A DNA stretch of 38,398 nucleotides, taken from positions 1 through 38,398 of the forward strand of contig MCFE01000764.1 in assembly GCA_002104905.1 (NCBI GenBank), in the 5' to 3' direction. Within the stretch, counting starts at the first letter, position 1. Each line of letters begins with the position of its first letter. This document shows, one piece after another, positions 25,652 to 33,745 of this stretch. A program made the position numbers and the translations under genes. The DNA is from Basidiobolus meristosporus CBS 931.73 (Eukaryota; Fungi; Basidiobolomycota). Below the pieces are notes generated by a model. The model did not search any database and was not told where the DNA came from. It saw only the letters and a program-made list of their open reading frames with translations.

Positions 25652-26098
25652 CTATAGATCACAGATGGAATAGTCGGCATTAGGATCCGGCAGAAGCTTA
25701 AACGGAAGCGTCTCCAGTGAACAGTCATCATCGTTGCCAGGAGTGCTGCCATACACACTTAAGTAATACTCACCCTCTCTTTGTAGGCAGAGAGGAACGG
25801 ATAACGTAAATGCTAATCGGCCTTCGGCCGCATTGATACCAGGGTAGCTTCGATACTGCGTGTGCAGAAACTCCTTACTCCTGGCGCTGAAGAGGCCAAT
25901 ATCTTGGATGTACTCGATTTGTGAGTTGAGTGCGTTCCATTTTACCGCAACTGGTTCATTCGCGACAAACGCTCCGCTTTGATCCGCGGTATGTTGTAGT
26001 GGCGACACTGACCATCCACGGCAAAGGCTAGAAGTTGCAAGAGAGGTAGACATCTCCATTGAAACCAGTGCCAGCATACATCCAAGAAAGGTCTTCAT
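25652..26098 (-). CDS. Hypothetical secreted protein, 148 aa
   Basis: Uninterrupted ORF with a signal-peptide-like N-terminus (MKTFLGCMLALVS...SLA), four cysteines in the predicted mature part, and a TATA box about 60 bp upstream. Confidence 0.65.
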   Translation of the reverse strand: MKTFLGCMLALVSMEMSTSLATSSLCRGWSVSPLQHTADQSGAFVANEPVAVKWNALNSQIEYIQDIGLFSARSKEFLHTQYRSYPGINAAEGRLAFTLSVPLCLQREGEYYLSVYGSTPGNDDDCSLETLPFKLLPDPNADYSICDL

Positions 26099-26159
26099 TG
26101 TTGGGGGTCGGGTGAAAGTAGAGCAGGCTAATGAGTTCGTGGAGGTTGTGTTGGCTTGC

Positions 26160-26166
26160 TTATATA
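26160..26166 (-). promoter_or_regulatory. TATA box (TATATAA) of the secreted-protein gene
   Basis: Consensus TATATAA on the minus strand about 60 bp upstream of the ATG at 26098. Confidence 0.4.
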
Positions 26167-27823
26167 CCAGGCCGGTTATAGGAGATGCCGTGTCGCTCGG
26201 GAAATATCGCCATTCGACTGGATATAGTCCGAAAATCTATGTTCTTCAAGGCCCAAGAATACAAACATCTGCGAAACCGTCGCCATGAGTGGTTGCACGA
26301 ATGCCAATCGATGACCAATCAAATCTGTAGATCAAATCGTGCTGGACCATTCAACCAATTTCTCGAGTCCCTATATAGGCCAGAGGATGCACCTCGATGT
26401 CGGATTACAGCCATATTGATTTGTCAATATCACCCATTTACGCCCATTCCATCGAAGAAACTAGTCCCATGAAAGAGTGAGGCTACTTCATGGAATCGTT
26501 CTAACGCGTTTACCTTGTATCCATAAGCCATATCTAGTAAGTGGGTAGAGTTGCTCAGCCATATGGGGTTGCATGACTTCATTGTACTAAGATGGATCAG
26601 TCCATCTCCAGTGGACATCCATATATATCAAGATTCACGGGGAGTTTCAGTCGCAAGGAAGAATCGTTTTCAAGTTGAGTTCGAATGGCGAGTATCGCCT
26701 TATGCTTATTGTCAAGAGTGTCCTGAAGACAGAAGAGAGAGTGCCCTTAGCCCTGGTCTTTCTTTCAGAGGTCCTGGAGAAAACGGATCATGCTTAAACA
26801 GAATAGTATGCGAACTACCCATGTGCTAGCCAACTGATCACTTGACGCAGGCCTTGGAAATTCCTACCGTCAGGTGATGCCCACTTTGTCCTCTATCCAC
26901 AACAGATTGTTGACACTACTTGCAAGGGTGTGGGAATCCCTACACTATTGGAGCTGATGACCACTATTCTGTCCGGTAATACTCAATCCAATTTGGATGT
27001 CATGTTCTTCATCCACTCGGTCGTCTCACTAATAGCCATTTGCTTGGCAACCTCTGTTTACTAAACGAATATCCAGACAAGTTAAAGTCCAGCTGTTCCC
27101 TAATGAGCGGCTGATTAAGCCCTAGGAAACGTCATCTATGAAGGTTCGAACCTTACCGCTTTTTATGGCAAATCTGTGTTACTTGTAGGACGAAAATCTT
27201 CAGCATGCTAACCATATATATATCCACAAAGAGATAAAACGCAATTAATCGAATTCATTGTTTCGCCAGTGTTGTGATCATGGACTTGTTAATGCACTGA
27301 TCGATTTAGCTGGAATTGAATAGGGACTTCAACTTTTGATAGGCTTAGCATTGAATATGATGGGATTCTGAAGCTTACAAGTGCTTGTGTATACACATTC
27401 CTTTGATGTGAGAGGTTTAACCAGAAGTGAGGTAGTGAAACCCAGACTGTACACAAAACTTTGAATCCACATTTTGTTGTTTCTGCTCCATCTGTGTACC
27501 AATGCAATCTGCTGGGCTGATGGTAGTTATCAGATAATATGGTTGCGCAATTTTGTATAGTATTAGAAGTGACCTGGAGAACCAGAAGATTTGCAAACCA
27601 CTCATTTGCTTGTTTGTAGAGCCAGAAGATAGCATGTTACAGGACTTGACAGAAGTAATAGTGCAATGTTTATATGCTTTGTGGAAGCTCTGCACAATGT
27701 TCAGAGCCATCTGAATAAGTCAAAAAAAGTTATCAACTTTGTGGGCTTCTCTCATTCCATAACTGACAAGAATCAAATAATCCCAGCATCAAGTCAGTAC
27801 CTGATATTGTGAGATCTAACAAG

Positions 27824-28148
27824 TGTTGTAGGAGTCTTGGAGATATTGGTGGTGATCTGGAGGACAAGTAGATTATGTGGTTTTCACTTAATGATTCATT
27901 GAATGTAAAAGTATTATTTCTACTTTTACATGGCCATGGCATAAGGGCCATGTAGAGTAGGTTTAGAAAGGTCCCAAGAGAATGTGTGCAAGGTTTGGGG
28001 CTGTTTGGACAACTTTGAGAATTCTCACGTACTGGGTACCTGACATTTTGGTGAAAATATTCTAAGTCCCAACAAGGAGTTTAGTGAGTATTCTCTAGGA
28101 TTTGAAGGTAATAATCCAAGTGACTATGTTATGTGAACATTTAGTGTG
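27824..28148 (-). mobile_element. Diverged copia-type LTR in reverse orientation, probably solo, cut at one end by a LINE fragment
   Basis: Reverse complement of the LTR at 29051-29398. It begins TGTTGTAGGAGTCTTGG on plus and has no PBS next to it. Homology stops at the TTAGGGGGGG at 28149. Confidence 0.8.
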
Positions 28149-28784
28149 TTAGGGGGGGAGACAGTCACCAATAGGTGAAATCTTTATTTCAGTTGAAACA
28201 AAGAAGCCAGCACTACTGTTGTAGCTTTGATACAAGAGTGTGTAGCTGAGGGGAATTTGTAGGTAAGTTAATAAGAAGTGATGATTATTCTTCAGTGCTC
28301 AAGACACTGTTCAGTGGGAAGGGGGGTAGCAAGAGGGGTAAGAATGATATGTGAACAACATTAATGGGGGGAATATGATAAGGATTGATATTCATCATAA
28401 AGGGAATGTGCTGCTTCAGATACCGCTGCCAAAGGTCTGCCAAGTTCTTCAGGTAGGCCAGCTTGGGTTTTTCTGACTGCAGAATATAATGAGCAAACTC
28501 CTTGACTTCAAGATCTCCAAGTGCAGTTCTGCAGCAGGAGCCAGGTGTAGTGTGGTATGTTCTCTTTCAGGACTTGATCAGTGGGTTGTTACAGTGGTGA
28601 GGTCTGAGATATAATCTGGTTCTAAGGTAGAGAAGTCTGATTTTATAGGGCATAAATCCCAAAGCACCAAGAATAGCATGTCTGTAGGGGCATTCAGGCA
28701 GATGCAGCACCGGGGATGTAATGCCCCATACTGCAAACTTGTCAAGCTTAGTGCAGTCTCTAGAAGTAAGAGAGAGAAGTGGTA
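28149..28784 (-). mobile_element. 5'-truncated LINE fragment (3' end of ORF2 plus 3' terminus)
   Basis: Colinear, imperfect copy of 31745-32380. It starts with the same TTAGGGGGGGAGACAGTCACC terminus. Confidence 0.85.
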
Positions 28785-28854
28785 GGTGGAGGGAAAGTCA
28801 TCAAGGTAGGTGAAATCTTTATTTGATTTCAGACAAGGCTAACTACAAATAAAG

Positions 28855-29556
28855 TGTTGTAAAAATTTGTAATTCCACCTAAATATTCACCTAACTTAGT
28901 CACTTAGATCATTACCCTCAAATCCTAGAGAATACTGACCAAATTCCTTGTCAGGATTTACTTAGAATATTTTCACCAAAATACCAGGTACCCAGAACAT
29001 GAAGATTCTCAAAGTTGTCCAAACAGCCCCAAACTTTGCACACATGTTCTTGTTGTAAAAATTTGTATTTCCACCTAAATATTCACCTAACTTAGTACTT
29101 TGATCATTACCTTCAAATCCTAGAAAATACTGACCAAATTCCTTGTTGGGATTTACTTAGAATATTTTCACCAAAATACCAGGTACCCAGAACATGAAAA
29201 TTCTCAAAGTTGACCATACAGCCCCAAACTTTGCACACATGTTCTTGGGACCTTCCTTAGCCTATTCTACATGTTTGTTATGCTAAGACCAGGTAAAAGT
29301 ATAAATACTACTTTTACAATCAATAAATCATTAAGGGAAAACCACATAATCTACTTGTTCTCCCAATCACTTCCAATATCTCCAAGACTCTTACAACAGC
29401 TCTTGGGACCTTCCTTAGCCTATTCTATGCGTTTGTAATGCCAAGACCAGGTAAAAGTATAAATACTACTTTTACATTCAATAAATCATTAAGTGAAAAC
29501 CTCAAAATCTACTTGTTCTTCCAATCACTTCCAATATCTCCAAGTCTCTTACAACA
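28855..29556 (+). repeat. Copia 5' LTR region with A-A-B-B internal duplication
   Basis: A1 28855-29050 and A2 29051-29245 both start TGTTGTAAAAATTTG. B1 29246-29398 and B2 ~29401-29556 both end CTCTTACAACA. A2+B1 is one complete TGTTGT...ACAACA LTR containing TATAAA and AATAAA. Confidence 0.9.
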
Positions 29557-29568
29557 GGTTATGAGCCC
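29557..29568 (+). promoter_or_regulatory. Primer-binding site GGTTATGAGCCC (copia type, internal tRNA-iMet fragment priming)
   Basis: Directly follows the LTR-terminal CA and matches the GGTTATG(G/A)GCCC PBS class of Drosophila copia-like elements. Confidence 0.8.
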
Positions 29569-29587
29569 CAATCTGTCACTCTCTGCA

Positions 29588-31744
29588 ATGTCTACTACTG
29601 CTATTACTGGAATTTTACCCTCTGCTGAAAAGTTGGATGGATCTAACTACCAAGTGTGGAAGGTGAAGATGAAGATGCTGCTACAAGAAAGAGGCCATTG
29701 GGATATTGCCATGGGAGAAGAATGCCCTCCTAAAAATGTGGGAGAGGAAGCCTTAAAGTACCAGAAGAAAGAACAAAGTGCCTTTAACTGCATTTGCCTT
29801 AATGTCAAGGACAAATTGCTAATTCAATACTCAAGAGCAAAAACGGCAAAGAATGCCTGGAAAGCATTGGAAGACACCTACCAGTCATGTTCAGCTGCTA
29901 AGAAAATGTATCTGAGATGAAAATTCTTTACTACATAGATGCTGCCAGGAGAAGAAATGAAAAATCTAATTAACAGAATTACCCTGCTGGTAGATGAGAT
30001 GGAATCTGTGGATGTACCAACTAATGATGAGGATGTGATAGTTATCATCCAGAATAGCCTGACAGACAAGTTTCAAGCTCTTGTATCAGCCCTAGAGTCC
30101 AGAAGTGAAGATTTGACCTTATATTACGTATATGGAAGGCTCCTGGATGAAGAATTAAGAAAATCAAGCGCCAATAAGAAGGAAGAAGAAAATGCTTTAA
30201 TAAGCAATGATAACCAACAAAGGAGGTACCAAGACCTTACAAAGGCAACAGCAACCTATTTTGCAACTACAGCAAAAGGAAAGGACACACATCAGACCAG
30301 TGTCTCAATAAGAAAGATACTCAGCAAAAGAAGCCTGAATATGGAAATGCTGCAACAACCGAAGATAGCCTATTCATATCTGCACTAAATATGACCACAA
30401 ACAAGGATTCTCAGACGTGGTATATTGACTCTGGAGCATCTCAACACTGTACACACCAAAAAGAACTTTTTACCCAATATCAAGAAATTCCAATTAAGAA
30501 GGTTTTCATGGGTGACAATGGAACACTTGATGCAGTGGGAGAAGGAACTATCTAAGTAAACCTTAGAAACAGTGAAGGAAGCCATACACTGACCTTTAAA
30601 AAGTACTCTATGTACCAGAAATAGCCAAGAACCTACTCTCTGTAAGCAAGGACACTGCAGAAGGACTCAGTTTCAGTTTGGACAATTCTGGATGCAGGAT
30701 CACTGATCAAAATGGTGCCCACATTGCTTCAGGCATCTGAGATCAGAATCTATACAAGTTGACTTATATTCCATCATATCTGGAAGCCAATATAAGTAAC
30801 TTAAATGAAGAAACACCAATGCTTTGGCACAGGTGATTTGGACACATCAATCTTGATTATTTGCACAAAATGATCAAAGATCAGCTAATTTCTGGAGTGA
30901 AAATTAATCCCCCAGCTAATTTGGAGTACTGTGAAGCCTGCATATATGGGAAACAAGCCAGACAACCGTTCAAGAGCTCTGGGTTAATCAAAACTAAGAA
31001 AAAATTAGATCTAATTCACTCAGATCTGTGTGGACCTATGCAAAATTGATCCTTAGGCAGGATGAAGTATTTAATCACTTTTATTGATGATTGTACAAGA
31101 TATACATGGGTCTACTTCATGGAGAGAAAGGAAGAAGCTCTGTCTAAGTTCAGGGAGTTTAAAGCCATGGTGGAGAGAGAAACTGGTGAAAAAATCAAGA
31201 AAATACACTCTGACAATTGTGGAGAATATACCTCAAAACTCTTCATCCACTTCTGCATAATTCATGGGATAAAGCAAGAGACTACTGTACCATACTCCCC
31301 ACAGTAAAATGGAGTAGCAGAACAAGCTAACAGATCAATAATTGATATGGAAAGATAAATGATCCATGATCAAAAATTATCCTACAATTTTTGGGTGGAA
31401 TCAGTTGCCACTGCTGTATACCTTAAAAATAGGAGTTATAACAGAATACTTTGTGATTCTACTCCATTTGAAGCATGGTATGAATACAGACCAAGTGCAG
31501 AACATCTAAGAATATTTGGGTGTACAGCATATGCCAAAAAACTGGCCGGAAATCAGTCAAAATTTGAGCTAAAAAGTGTAAAATGCATATTTTTGGGCTA
31601 CTGCAATGAGAGTAAGGCATACAGACTCTACAATACCAAAGCAAAGAAGCTGATCAAGTCCAGGGATGTGTTGTTTGATGAAAATTCAAAATTTTCACAA
31701 AAAATGACATCAGATGATGACAAAAATTTGATTGCAAGTCCACC
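29588..31744 (+). mobile_element. Degenerate Ty1/copia gag-protease-integrase, truncated before RT
   Basis: KLDGSNYQVWKVKMKMLL (gag), CNYCKRKGH knuckle, WYIDSGASQH protease, LWHR*FGHIN, IHSDLCGP, FIDDCTRYTW, HSDNCGEY, PQ*NGVAE, HLRIFGCTAY, KCIFLGY. Many stops and frameshifts; it ends abruptly at the LINE terminus. Confidence 0.93.
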
Positions 31745-33131
31745 TTAGGGGGGGAGACAGTCACCAACAGGTGAAATCTTTATTTCAGTAGAAACAAAGA
31801 AGCCAGCGCTACTGTTGTAGCTTTGATACAAGAGTGTGTAACTGAGGGGAATTTGTAGGTAAGTTAATAAGAAGTGATGATAGCTCTTCAGTGCTCAAGA
31901 CACTGTTCAGTGGGAAGGGGGGTAGCAAAAGAGGTAGGAATGACTTGTGAACAACATTAATGAGGGGAATGTGATAAGGATTGATATTCATCATAAAGGG
32001 AGTGTGCTGCTGCAGATATTGCTGCCAAAGGTCTGTCAAGTACTTCAGGTAGGCCAGCTTGGGTTTTTCTGACTGCAGAATAAATTGAGCAAACTTCTTG
32101 TATTCAGGATCTCCAAGTATAGTTCTCCAGCAGGAGCCAGGTGTAGTGTGGTGTGTTCTCTTCCAGGCCTTAATCAGTGGGTTGTTGCAGTTGTGAAGTC
32201 TGAGGTATAATCTGGTTCTAAGGTAGAGAAGTCTGATCTTATAGGGCATAAACCCAAAAGCACCAAGAATAGCATGTCTGTAGGGGCATTCAGGCAAATG
32301 AGGCACCAAGAAGGTAATGCATCATACTGCAAACTTGTCAAGCTTAGTGCAGTCTCTAGAAGTAAGAGTGAGAAGTGGTAAGCCAAATTCCAGGACAGGG
32401 AAGACAAACTACTCAAGTAGAAGGAGGCAGCTGGGAGCTGAAGTTGTAGGAGGAGTAACAGCCAATAGCTTGTGGAGTGCCTGTCTTGCAAGGATAATTT
32501 GCTTCTTCAGGTGTGCTCCAGAGTCTAGTCCAGTAGGAAGGAAAGGAAAGCCAAGATTTATAGCAGAAACCTGAGCAGGTAGAGTGGAGTTCTCCAAGTT
32601 GATGGGAAAGCCCAAAGGTACTGTCTTTGCAATGGAAAGCTGGAGATTATTCTTCTGCAGATACTGATGGATGGTCTGGGAGTCTTGTTGCACATTGGAG
32701 GAGGATATTCTGATGTCATTGGCAAAGAGAGTAACCAGGCAGTCAGCTGAGAGTCTTAGAAAATCATTCAGGAAGATGGTAAACAGTATAGGACCAAGCA
32801 CAGAGCCTTGAACCACCCCATCAGGAACTGAGAACACAGCTGATTGCTCACTTGGGTGAAGAATTCTTGCTTGTGGATCCAGAAACAGAGACCTGACAAG
32901 GAGGGTGAGAGAGATACTGGAGAAGCACTGCAACATGGACCAAAGCAGATTTCTGTCAACTGAATCAAAGGCCTTAGTAATATCAAACAGAACAGAGGGA
33001 TACTTGCACTGGAGAGAGAGATCTTGGCTAAGTATGACTGTATATTCCAAGGAGAGGCCAGGAACAAAGCCAAACTGTGCAGGGTGAAGCTTGAGGGAGT
33101 CAGAGTAGAGCTCCTGAGCAAGCAGAAGCTC
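31745..33131 (-). mobile_element. 5'-truncated non-LTR (LINE) retrotransposon with degenerate RT
   Basis: LHPAQFGFVPG, FDITKAFDSVDR, GVVQGSVLGPILFTIFLND, LFANDI (decayed FADD), LQLSIAKT. It is truncated within the RT N-terminal part. AATAAA lies about 30 nt before the CCCCCCCTAA 3' terminus on the sense strand. Confidence 0.9.
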
Positions 33132-33563
33132 TTAGGGTGTAGGTGTTATAGTAAGGGCTAGGAAAAGGTTAGAAGAGCAGGGGTCTGGGGGATGCAGTCC
33201 CCTAGAGAATAAAAAAGCAGGGGGTTTGAGGGATGCAATCCCCCATACTGCTCCCATACTCTTTAAATTCTCTATGGATTACTTTTATCTCATTCTTGGT
33301 TCTGGTTCCTTAGGGTTAGAATTCCTCCTCCTAAACCTTAGGGGGGGTTAGGGTTTGGGTGTAGGTGTTTTAGTAAGGGCTAGGAAAAGGTTAGAAGAGC
33401 AGGGGGTCTGGGGGATGCAGTCCCCTAGAGAATAAAAAAGCAGGGGGTTTGGGGGATGCAATCCCCCATACTGCTCCCATACTCTTTAAATTCCTGTTGG
33501 ATTACTTTTCTCTCATTCTTGGTTCTGGTCCCTTAGGGTTAGAATTCCTCCTCCTAACCCTTA
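33132..33563. repeat. Two tandem ~206-bp units (period 222) with telomere-like motifs and GC hairpins
   Basis: 33135-33340 and 33357-33563 are nearly identical. The junction reads TTAGGGGGGG-TTAGGG-TTTGGG. Each unit has two GGGGGATGCA(G/A)TCCCC hairpins and an AGGGTTAG...CTAA(C/A)CCT inverted repeat. Confidence 0.9.
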
Positions 33564-33721
33564 TCACCCTAGCCATAAATATTTTTACCCTACAATTGGC
33601 ACATTGTCTGCTCATATAGTGGGCATGTCTGGGCCAATATTTGTCTCCCTATACTGTCCATATGCTCTGTATAAGTCTTGATGACTATTTAATTAATAAA
33701 TTGTTATTTTTAATGTATATC

Positions 33722-33745
33722 TTAGGGTTAGAGTTAGGGTTGAGG
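33722..33745 (+). repeat. Short degenerate interstitial telomeric array
   Basis: TTAGGG-TTAGAG-TTAGGG-TTGAGG at the 3' border of the Penelope-like element. Confidence 0.7.

Noticed and set aside
26185-27820. Short ORFs and CpG-poor sequence before the first LTR
   Set aside because: Probably decayed repeat or pseudogene DNA, but no domain, terminus or internal repeat could be identified.
28855-29556. CRISPR-like or satellite interpretation of the tandem repeats
   Set aside because: The units are 150-200 bp halves of a TG...CA LTR followed by a PBS and gag, in a eukaryotic context.
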